Below, in pieces: positions 25,735 through 36,100 of a stretch of 64,000 nucleotides of DNA (position 1 is its first letter; every line of letters begins with the position of its first letter). The position numbers and the translations under genes were made by a program. Below the pieces are notes generated by a model. That model made no database searches, was not told the DNA's origin, and saw only the letters and a list, made by a program, of their open reading frames with translations. The DNA is from Podarcis liolepis (lineage: Eukaryota), in assembly GCA_965112155.1 (NCBI GenBank), contig OZ218103.1, one strand, 5' to 3'.

Positions 25735-26583
25735 CATAAGAACGTAAGAAGAGCCTTCTGGATCAGGCCAATGGCCCACCTAGTCTAGCATCCTGTTCTC
25801 ACAGTGACCAACCAGATTTCAATGGGAAGCCCAAAAGCAAGACCTAAGCACAACAGCACTCTTCTCATTTTTGCCCCGCCCTGGCCACAGTGATCCATGC
25901 GACGGTCACCTCCAGCCTTGACTACTGTAATTCGCTCTATGCGGGGCTGCCCTTGAAGCTGACCCAGAAACTCCAGAGGGTGCAGAATGCTGCAGTGAGG
26001 CTCCTCACGGGGTCTCTGCCATGGGAGCATATTCACCCAGTGCTTTTCAAACTGCACTGGCTCCCGGTGGAGTACAGGGTCAGATTTAAGGTGCTGCTTT
26101 TGATGTTTAAAGCCCTTCACGGCCTAGGACCCTTGTACCTACGGAACTGCCTCTCCCGGTATGCCCCACGGAGAGCCTTAAGGTCCATAAATAACAACAC
26201 CCTAGTGGCCCAGGGCCCTAAGGAAGTTAGACTGGCTTCAACCAGAGCCAGGGCCTTTTCAACTTTGGCTCCGGCCTGGTGGAACGCTCTGCCTCATGAG
26301 ACCAGGGCCCTGCAGGATCTGATTTCTTTCCGCAGGGCCTGTAAGACAGAGTTGTTCCACCTGGCCTTTGGCTTGGAATCAACTTGATTCTCTCCCCCTC
26401 TTTCTTTTTCCTTTTTCCTTTCTCCTCCTGTGATGAGGCTGCATTTTAATATTTTAATGTTTCAATATTTTAAGGTTGTATTTTAATCTTGTTTTTAAGT
26501 TGTATTCATTCAACTTGTTTTTATTAGTGCTTGTTAGCCGCCCTGAACCTGGCCTTGGTTGGGGAGGGCGGGGTATAAATAAA

Positions 26584-26630
<47 letters not shown>

Positions 26631-26703
26631 CCAACAACTGGTATTTAGAGGCATACTGTCACTGATAGTAGAGGGAAAACATAGCCATCGTGTCTAGTAG
26701 CCC
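25735..26703 (-). mobile_element. CR1 LINE 3' end, split by a nested L2
   Basis: Reverse CR1 tail cataagaacgtaagaagagcc...ggatcaggccaatggccc at 25735-25870, resuming with caactggtatttagaggcatactg at ~26630-26703. Confidence 0.75.
25875..26629 (+). mobile_element. L2 LINE, 5'-truncated, with (TTA)n tail
   Basis: ORF 25890-26387 IHATVTSSLDYCNSLY...QNAAVRLL...LHWLPV...FKALHGLGP; 3' stem-loop gccgccct...agggcggg; (TTA)n at ~26585-26629. Confidence 0.9.
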
Positions 26704-28237
26704 TATTCATATCCTCCAATTGCTTCCTTGACTCTGATCAGCATCCTGTTATTTTTTTTGCTTGTTTGCTGCTTACATACAAAAATGGCTTCTAAGTAGT
26801 TTACAAGTATAAAATCAATTATAAATCCATACATCATTAAGACACACAATAAAACAATTCCCTCAAAGCATTAAAAACACCCATAATTAAGATATACATT
26901 AAATAAGCCAGTTAAAAAGAATGCAGCTGAACAACAATTAAAACAATTTGTTCAGGAAGTTCAGGTTCAGGGGAATGCTTGCCTCAGCTGGTGTATCTTC
27001 AACAGCTGATAGAATGCCAATATGGATGGGGCCTTTTGAATTTCTGCACCACCAGTGAAAAAGTTTGTCCAAAACACCAGTACCATTAGAGAAAAAGCTC
27101 TTGGCTCTAAGTGGTACCTTTCCTTGTTTATGTTCTATAGTCCTGTTGTAATCTTACTATCTGTGGTTTTAAGCATTCCCAAGCATTCTGGGGAGATTTA
27201 ACCCTATATACACTTTCCCCTTCAACATCCTTTTAACCAGCTCCTTCATTTTGGGGAAATTTCCTCTTTGGACTTTCTTGGCAATTGTCCAGTTATATGT
27301 TGGTTTGAATATATGTTGAATTGGATAGCACCGTGCCCACTGTTCCAAATCTGTTCAACAACAGTTGTATCCCACCTTAGGTCCTGGATGCCACTTAAGT
27401 TCTTGCTTGGTGCCCCTCTGGTCAGTTCCAGAGGGGCACCAAGCATGAACTTAACATGGAACTGCATGTTAAGAGTTCACCTCCATTAACATTTGCTTCC
27501 AGTACAATCCGAAACAGGTTTGCATCTCTCCTCATGTCTGTGGCATCTGGATACATTCAGCAACCAAACTGGTTTTCCTGCTGGTTCAAAGGGCTCGTCC
27601 ATGCTTTGCGTGTCCCCTGCCTGGAAAGCAGGGGTCCAAGAGGTTTTCAGTTTGCCTTGTTGCTTTCCACCCAATTGACATTTGCTTTGATTCAGCAGTA
27701 AAAAGTAGATTTTCCCAGGGGAAATTGGTGGGACAAACAGAGCCCAAACATTGGGAGGCATGGAAACCAAATGACAACTTTACAGTTTAATGTAGATTTT
27801 GAATTCCACTTCAAACTGCTCCAATTTCAACTTTCTTTACTTTCTGATTGGAGGCAAGCTGCAAGTCCTATTGAATAATATTAAAGTAATTGATTTGAAA
27901 CAAATAGTGTTGAGTTTAGGCCAGGAGAGGCCAGGGGTCATGCCCTTAGCTTAGGCATTCAAATACCTATGCAGTTATCGGCAGCCTTAAGCAAACAACT
28001 ACAGCACATCCCGACATGTCATATCAGAGAAACACCTTCAACACACATGTGGCAAAAGGTTTGGCCCTTGGAACACAATTCATCTGGAAGCTCTCGCTGA
28101 AATAATGAGAAATAATGAGAGCTGTCATTCTCCGCTTTGCGTGGTGGATTGTGTCCTCTTGTTGAGTAAAGCCATTTGGATTTCCTGCCGCCGGCACCAA
28201 ACTGTCTTGGGCTGGCCTATGAACTTGCTCCCAAGCA

Positions 28238-28455
28238 CAGTGGCACCTCGGGTTACAGACGCTTCAGGTTACAGACTCCGCTAACCCAGAAATAGTACCT
28301 CGGGTTAAGAACTTTGCTTCAGGATGAGAACAGAAATCGTGCTCCAGCGGGAGCGGGAGGCCCCATTAGCGAAAGCGGTACCTCAGGTTAAGAACAGTTT
28401 CAGGTTAAGAACGGACCTCCAGAACGAATTAAGTTCTTAACCCGAGGTACCACTG
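28238..28455. mobile_element. Tigger/pogo-like MITE, same family as 4995-5236, abutting the CpG island
   Basis: TIRs CAGTGGCACCTCGGGTTA / TAACCCGAGGTACCACTG; CA on the left and TA on the right flank. Confidence 0.9.
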
Positions 28456-28459
28456 TAAG

Positions 28460-31166
28460 CAAGAACTTGAACGTGGGTAGTTCCCCGAAAAGTGCCACGG
28501 ACCGGTGTGTGTCTGAGCGAGCGCCCCTTGTGAATAACCTGCTGGGAGCGCCCCTCTTCCTTGCAGGGCACATCCAGCCCTGCCCTTCCTGCAGGATGCC
28601 TCGTACCTGCCTTCCATCATCCTTCCCGGCAAGGAGTCCAGGCCGCTCTTTAGAAAATGGACGGGCTCCCCTCCCTCCCTCCCTCTCTGCCTCCTCCTCT
28701 CCTCGTGCATTTCCCCCCGTTTCTTTCTCTCCACCCTCCGGCGACACAACACAGCGTCTCCCTCTGGCTTTCGCCTCCTTGCGCGCACGGTGTGTGCGCC
28801 TATGTGTCTCCGACAGGGCGTGCGCCGCCTCCTCCGCCTCCTGGTCTCCCCCCCCTCCCGGGATGCGTGTAGGAGGCTCAGGCTGCCTGTGTCCCCCCTC
28901 CCCCAGCCCTCTCTTCCCCGTCTCTCTCTCTCTCGCTCCCCCCTCCCCCCGATCCGGGAGTGACGCGCTCCGCAGTGCCAGCCCTCCTCTCTCCTCTCCG
29001 CTCCCCTCCCGGCGGGGCGCTCCTCCTCGGGCAGCAGCTGGCTGTCAGCCTTCCCCGGAGCGCCCCCTTCTCTCTCGGCCAGGGCTGGCGCAGGCCGGCG
29101 GCGGGCCCCAGGCGCCGCAGCGGCCCCGCAGCAGGTAGGCGATGGCTGGGGCCGGGCAGGAGACGGGCCGCCCCGGCCACAGGGAACGGGAGGAGAGAGA
29201 GGGGGACGGCCGTGCGTCCCCGGACGCGCCGCGCTCCGTGCGCCCTGCTACGAGCAAAAGCAGCGGGTCTTGGCGGGGCGGGGGGGGGCAACTTGTGGGT
29301 CTTGGGGCCAGCCAGCCATTCCCCCACCCCGGGAGGGGGTGGTGGTCCAGTTGAACCCAGGCTAGCCTGGCACTGGGGGCGCGCAGAGAGAGGAAGGTGT
29401 GCGTACCCAAGGAGGAGCGTCCGGAAAGCCCTGGCGACCCCGGGGTGTGCGCCGGCGAATTGGGCGTGCGGGTGGAAGACCCCCGAGAGGTGGCCGCTTG
29501 GGGAGGGATGGGGGGCGGCGGCGGCGGGGCTGCCCTCGCCGCTCTCGCTCTCTTGTTTCACTTTCCGGCAGCCAAAGCGCTTTACACTGCCGGGCGCCTT
29601 TTTCAGGGGGCGGCCACGCGTGGGGGTGGGGAGGGGGCGTGTGGGCACGGAAGGGGCGGAGGCAAGTTTATTGGAGGGGAGCGCCGAGCAGCCTGCGACT
29701 GGAGGGGCGCGTCCTTGATCGGAGGGGGTTCGCTTTTGTTTGCTTGCCACTATAGGAATTCCTCGGGATCCTCGGGTGGGGGGGGGTGGAGGAAGACGAG
29801 CCGCGACTGCGGGGTGGGGACGCGGAGAGAGGAGCGCGCTCAAGGAACGGGGAGGGGGGGTGTCCGTTTGGAGTTAGCCAACGGGCCGCATACACTCTGC
29901 GCTTGGAATGTTCGGGGGGGGAGAATCCGTGGGGGGGGGTCAACGGCAAGAGGTGGAAGAAGAGTGTTCAGCGATGCCTGGCAGTACGGGGGGGGAGAGG
30001 GATGGGAGGCGCGTGGAGGCGGAAGGGGACAGGGGGCGTGTGAATGCCGGACTGAACTCGTGGAGGAGCAGCCGCGCGCCCGGCGATTGTTGACAGGTTG
30101 CTCGGGCTCTGCGTGTACACGGAGGTGGGCAGGGGAGGAGGACCTGGCGGTGGGCGGCTGCTCCGTGTACTCCGGGTAGATACAATGGAGGACGGCCTGG
30201 GGCCCGTCTCCAGGAAGGAAGTTGCGAGGACTTTACTGGGTGGGAGTGAGGGGTGTGTGCATGTGTGGATGCACACCCGGGAACTTATCCGACGAGTGTT
30301 ACAACAGTTGCTGGAGAGTTCCTTTTGCAGACGCACTCCTGTCCCACTGGAACGTGGGCAGCTGCGAAGTGAATGAGTTTGTAGTAACACCGCATTTCTC
30401 CTTCTTGTGCGCGCAAGAGCAGGGCGCTGGGTTTGTGCGCGCGCGTGTGAAAAGTAGTTACAGAGTGCTGCGTGTCGGGCAGGGCTCGCCTGACAGTTTG
30501 CTGGCGTTTTGGCCGGGGTGAGGGGAGCGGGTGGGTGGGTGGGTGGCCTCGCGCGGAATCTGCGCGCAGCCAGCCGGGGGGGTGTCAGACGCGGCGCTCG
30601 GAGTTGTGAGGCTGGTAATGCGTGGATCGGGGCCGGCGGGCCGGGGTCCCGTTGGCTCGAGGGAGGAGGGGCGGAATCTCGCCGTTTTTGAAAACTCCCT
30701 CGTGCGTTCTGATTCCAGACTGGCCCCCACGACTCCTCTACCTACCGACCCTCCTTCCCAGACAGCTACCCGAACCGAACCGCCTCGGCCTCGTCTTCCC
30801 CTCTTTAGCACCTAGAGACAACCCCCCCCCCTCCGAGCGGCCTCTCATTAGCGTCTCTAATGAGCCCGATGCCTGGAGAAAGGTTAAGGTTAGCGCGTCC
30901 TTCCCTTCTCCTCCTTTCCCTTCCTTCGCCAGCATCTTCCCCTCCCCGGAAGAGCACAAAAGCGCAGAAAGAAGAAAGTGGGGAGAGGCGGCGGCGAAGG
31001 CAGATCAATGGGGAGCTCCAGACCCATCAATTCGCCCAGGGAGCTGCTTCTCCTTCTCTCCAGCATCGATTTTCCCTTTCCCACCCTAGGCGCAGGGAGA
31101 GACACCCCCCCTTCCCTAGCCTTCCCTCCATCATCTCCTTTCTACCTGGAGAGTAGGAGGGGCGGG

Positions 31167-31214
<48 letters not shown>

Positions 31215-31300
31215 ATGGCGCTCCTCCTCTTCCAGCTCTTCCTCCCCTTTTGGGTGGGGGTGGGTGGACTGGACTGGAAATAGATTTCTCCCCGGAGGTA
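28460..31300 (+). promoter_or_regulatory. Intragenic CpG island, likely alternative (internal) promoter and first exon(s) of short NOL4L
   Basis: Very high GC and CpG density against CpG-depleted flanks; GC boxes (e.g. GGGGCGGA near 29653); ATTGG at 29670; candidate donors CAG|GTAGGC (29134/29135) and GAG|GTAAAG (31297/31298). Confidence 0.85.
31169..31211. repeat. (CT)n microsatellite
   Basis: Directly visible. Confidence 0.95.
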
Positions 31301-33037
31301 AAGCTGGGCTTTATGGGTCAATCCCTGCTTCAGGCAGCAACCTCCGGGCACCAGCTCGTTGCAAACACTCCGTCAAGATTTGCCTGCCTGAGCTTGGGGG
31401 GGGGGGGAGCTTGGGGGGGGGGAGAGAAGGGTTGGTGCAGAAAAGGAAGGAGGAAAGTCCCCAGGAATGAGTGTATCTGTGGGTAAGGTGAAGGCTTTTC
31501 AAAAGCAAGCCTTGATGCTGTGTTGCGAACAGTACTTTTCTTAATGGGAAATATTTCTGGCTCTGTTTTCGCAAACCCTTTCTCAGGTCTGCTATTTACT
31601 TCCTGTGTTTTTTCTCCCCAGCTGGGTGGAGGAACAATGGAACAGGCGTCACATGCTAATAGTTTCTTGGCAGTAATGTCACTTCCCTTAATATTTGGTG
31701 GAACAGACAGTGAACTGTTGGCAGGGTATAGGTTGGGCAAAGGGGAGAGTTTGGACTTGGGATGGGAGGGAACACTTCCATTAAGGTAGGGTAGGTGGTA
31801 ACTGTCAAATGCCTATTTTCCTCTTCTGCTTTAAATGAATCTTGGTAGGTTTCATTGGAGCCTTTCCTCTGCAATATTGAATCCAGTGCCTATTTGAGTT
31901 CAACAAGTCCCTCATCTACAGTGCAAATACTGTTCATGTTTTATCACTCAGATAGTCACCAGCAAAGTGTGCAAAGTTTTCCCTAGCAAAGTGTGCAAAG
32001 TTTTCTAATTCACTTGTTTACTCCAGAACGTGTCATTTCAAGTTAGAAGACTTTTTTTTTTAGCGCCCACATTGAGATTTCGTATTCTTTGCCAGGGCCA
32101 AAACGAAGCGTTATTTTACCTGGGTCAAAGATGCAGTTTGGCACCCCCCCACACATTTGTGTACACACACTGCCTCAATGGCGCCCCTTATGGGGTCACC
32201 CGGGGCAAAAAAACCCAGTGAGGCCCCCCAAGGCTACAACTCTCATTGTGCTCCCATTTTTCTGTTGAGACTGATCCTGTTGAGCCCTGGCAGAGCAGGA
32301 ACTTGAGCCTTGGCTAGTCCTAGACCTAGAGGGATTTTCATGGCACCTGGGTGTGTAACTCCGAGGATTTTATTGATAGCCTCACAATTTTTTAGACCTC
32401 CCCCAAATACTCACTTGATTATTCCCTCTCGAGAACCAAGTTTGTACAGGAAGACGTATAAAGAGGTATTTTGAGTCGCTGCCTACCATCTGTGGGATTT
32501 CCTTCCCCATGTGGCATGTCAAAACACGAGCCACTTTGGGTTGTACTGTGCCATCTTTTTGTTTAATGCTGAAGAGTGTGGATAATTTGCCTGCTTTGCA
32601 ACCATTTTTAAATGTTTTAATCTGTCCTGAGCTTGAGGGGTGTGAGCAGGTTAGCAATTCAAATAAAATGAATCCATATTTCTTGGCTCTAATGGACTTT
32701 GGAACTGGGTGCCGGTTCTCGCCTGCTGAAGGCTAAGCAAAGCCTTCGAGCTTCAGGAAGGGCAGTTTTGAAAGCCTGTCTGACAGCAGTTTCCCCTGGC
32801 ATGGCTTGTAGCCCTGTTCCCTCCCTCCCCAACAGTGTTCGCTTTAAATATGCCTGGAGGCAGAAATTTGGAAACCTTTTTTCTGTAGAGTTTGCTCCTT
32901 TTTTGCTTCGAGCAGTGACATATGGAATACTTTTCATGTTTAAATATCTGTCTCTTTCTGATCTGGAAAAGGACAGGAATTGAGGGCGATAGGGAATCTA
33001 GCAAATATCAAGTATGCCCATATGAAATCTATATATT

Positions 33038-33123
33038 TGGATTCCTGTATATACTTACCGGGGAGTAAGTCTCATTGAACGTAATAGGAATTACTTCTGA
33101 GTAGACATGTATAGAATTGCCCT
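33038..33123. mobile_element. Short palindromic MITE-like repeat (related decayed copies near 21311, 34565, 54808 and 59410)
   Basis: atacttaccggggagtaagtctcattgaacgtaataggaattacttctgagtagacatgtatagaattgc forms an imperfect fold-back. Confidence 0.55.
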
Positions 33124-36100
33124 GTAAGTACAATTTGGAAATAAGTTTAATATGCCTCTTTCTCAAGTAAAAGTGTTCAGGATCAAGAGGTGTTAGTCAA
33201 ATTTCTTTATAATGTTTTTAAGTAATTAATCAACCGTTAATGTTAAGCTGATTGCCACAATTACCTCTGTCTCAATGTAGGTGGTATTTTGAGCATATTA
33301 TTCAATGAAAGTGATTATTCCTTTACCATAAATAAAAGGCATATCATGTATTGTTTTCAAAATCCTTTTAATGCATGGCTTGTATGCTCCCCCCAAAAGA
33401 GACTATCAGCACTGAACATTCTTTCAGGGCTGACAGCTCTGATTAAAATACATCTGCAGCTAATGTATTATAATTGATTAATCAAGTAATGCTTCCAGCT
33501 CCATTTCTTATATTTTAATGTCTTAGCTGGTACAGTGTTCCTGAGCAGATTCTCTTCTGTTACACCCAAGAGGGGTACAGTTTCATGCAATGGATAATGA
33601 TGAGAGTAGGGCTTGCTGTGAAGAGCAGCACACATTAGCCAACCTGTCAGAAAGGCTTTTGCTGCATGTGATTTGTATAGTGTAAAAGCAGGTAGCATTC
33701 TTTGTCCTTTTGTGTGGTCTTTGGGTATGGCCACTGGGCTTCATTGGTGATTCCATCGGGCTTCTAGGCTTCCAGGTGCAATATCGGCTATGTAACAGCC
33801 CCCAGTGCTTGGAGTCAAAAGAATTTCCCTTTCTATAGAATGCACTTTTCTGTGGACTGAAGTAGTTATGCCATGATTAAATGTGGCTCAGTATCTTCTA
33901 GACATGCTCACAAGACTGTGTTTAATGCTTGATAACTTGGAGAAGTGGTGGATGTTACTGCTTAGATGAAACATTCCTTGTGGCTGCTCACTGTCCCTCT
34001 GTTTAGTGCTACCTTGTGCTGTTCTGTCCTTGTTAATTTGTTTTTTAAAGTAACAACAATAAAATGAGTACCTTACAGAAGAGGTTGGACTATATTATCA
34101 CAACATTATTGACTCACATCCCACCCCTCATCTCTCATGTGGTTTTAGAATAGTTTTCTAAATAATCAGATCTTACGCATGGCTGCTGATTCACCAATTT
34201 TCATAGTTTCCCCATCCCTTTTTCTTAAAAAATTGGACCGCTGTCAGGGGCACGAGTAACTTAGTTTTGAAGTTTTCAACACTATGTGTTGCTTTGGCCT
34301 ATTTTTAGGGAAAGTGACTAATATGTTTTATAAATGAAATGGATACACAAGAGAGCTGAGTAGCGTAATGGTTAAGAGACTCAGCTGTGGACCAGGGCAT
34401 TCCTGGTTCAAATATTGCCTCTGACACAAAGTTCCTAAGTCTGAGCACCCCTTTCCTCACTTGGACCAGTGCAATGGAGGGGATGGTTAAATCTTCCTTC
34501 CGCATGGAAATCTCATCACATCTGCTTTTATTATTATTAATTTTAAAAATCAGTAAGTGACACAGTTACAGCACAAACTTATGCACGTACACTCAGAATT
34601 AATTCCCATTAGGTACAGTGGGGCTCACTCCGAAGGGGAGGTGGGTACAGCCTTAGTTTCGCATCCAGTTTGGACCTCACAGTGTCAACCCACTATCTGT
34701 AATACACAAATGATACCTGCTCACCTCAGAGATGAACTAAACATTGCTGGATAATGCATGTGAGTGGCTTTGGAAACTGGAAAACACCATATAAATGCTC
34801 AGTATCATCATCATATAAATAAAATCCACTTCCCAACATTCCAGGGTGACCAAGAAACAGAACTCAGGGATACTCAGAGGTCCTGTTTGGCCACGAGGCC
34901 ATTTCCCCCAAACCACATCCACCTGACCAACACTGGGTGGCATCAGCTGATGGGCCGGGAGTAGGGTGCAGTCCTGCTGGGTCTTACTTCACCAGCTCTT
35001 TTCCTGTGGGAAACATGCTAGTGAAGTAGACCTAGCAGGATTGAACCTTCCTCTCATCAGCTGGTGAGTGGAGATTTCAATCCTGCTGGAAGCTGCTTCA
35101 CCCACCCTGTGGGGGTCAACCTTGACAGGCGGTTGGGACTGCTTACCTGCCGGTCACCTGATGTCATAATGTCAGATGATTGACAGGTGGGTAGCCCCAC
35201 CCACCTGTTAGTGTTGGCTCATGGGGTATGGGGGCCGTTCTCCAACCTGGTTGAAGAGGTGAGGCTGTCCAGTGAAAGGGCAGGATTGCTCCCCAAAGGC
35301 TGGGGTGCAGGCTTAGTCCCCTTCTCAAGTACACTCCTTATTTATAAATTTTATATCATCCTGCCCTTCACCATGGATGATATCAAGGTGGAGCACACAA
35401 CTATGCAAATTCATTTTTAAAAAAACCAAAAAAACCCCCACATAGGTCACAGGTAACACTGATGCACTCGTTTTGCTAGTTACACTCTGGATAGAGGAAT
35501 GGCTGCTGTTCCTGTGGGGGGAAATAAAAGCACAGCCTCTCTGCTGTAGTGGGGCCAGATTCTCCCCACACCTGCTTTTGACAACAGGGAGCCTTGGAGA
35601 GGGAGCAGACATCTCTCCTTTTTTTCTTTTCTGAAGGCATGTTGTGAGGAAGGGGAAGTTTTCTGCTTGGTTCACCCACCAAGCCCCAGGGGTTAGCTGC
35701 AAGAATTGGGAGAAGGAGCACCGTCCCTGGGCTGTGAGGATTCCTCTCCTGCTCCTCTGGGCTCGGAGGCCATGTTCGAAGGAGAGTGGGGGCAGAACAA
35801 GTTCCCTCGGCCCATGCCAGTGTCCTTTCCATCTCAAATGCATGGACACAGCCTGACACACTTGGTGGGCCTTTTGCTGGCTGCAACCACAGCAAACTGT
35901 TCCAGTGGGGGGGGGGGGAATGACACTCAGGCTCTCTGTGCATAAAGGGCAACACATATCTTGCAAAGCAAAGGGATATGTATTTAAAAACAGAACCACA
36001 CTTCTCTTGAAAAGCATCTCTCCCCGCAGACCCCTCCCACCTCTCCCACTCAAAGGAAGCATTTTGCATCTCTGATCTTGTTCAGAGCAAAAAACCTCGA

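Noticed and set aside
28400-31100. Long overlapping ORFs (223-321 aa) on both strands of the CpG island
   Set aside because: Pro/Arg/Gly/Ala-rich products are expected from stop-codon scarcity in GC-rich DNA; no recognisable domain.
35325-36069. 245-aa and 197-aa minus-strand ORFs
   Set aside because: No recognisable domain, overlapping frames, and antisense intronic location; consistent with chance.
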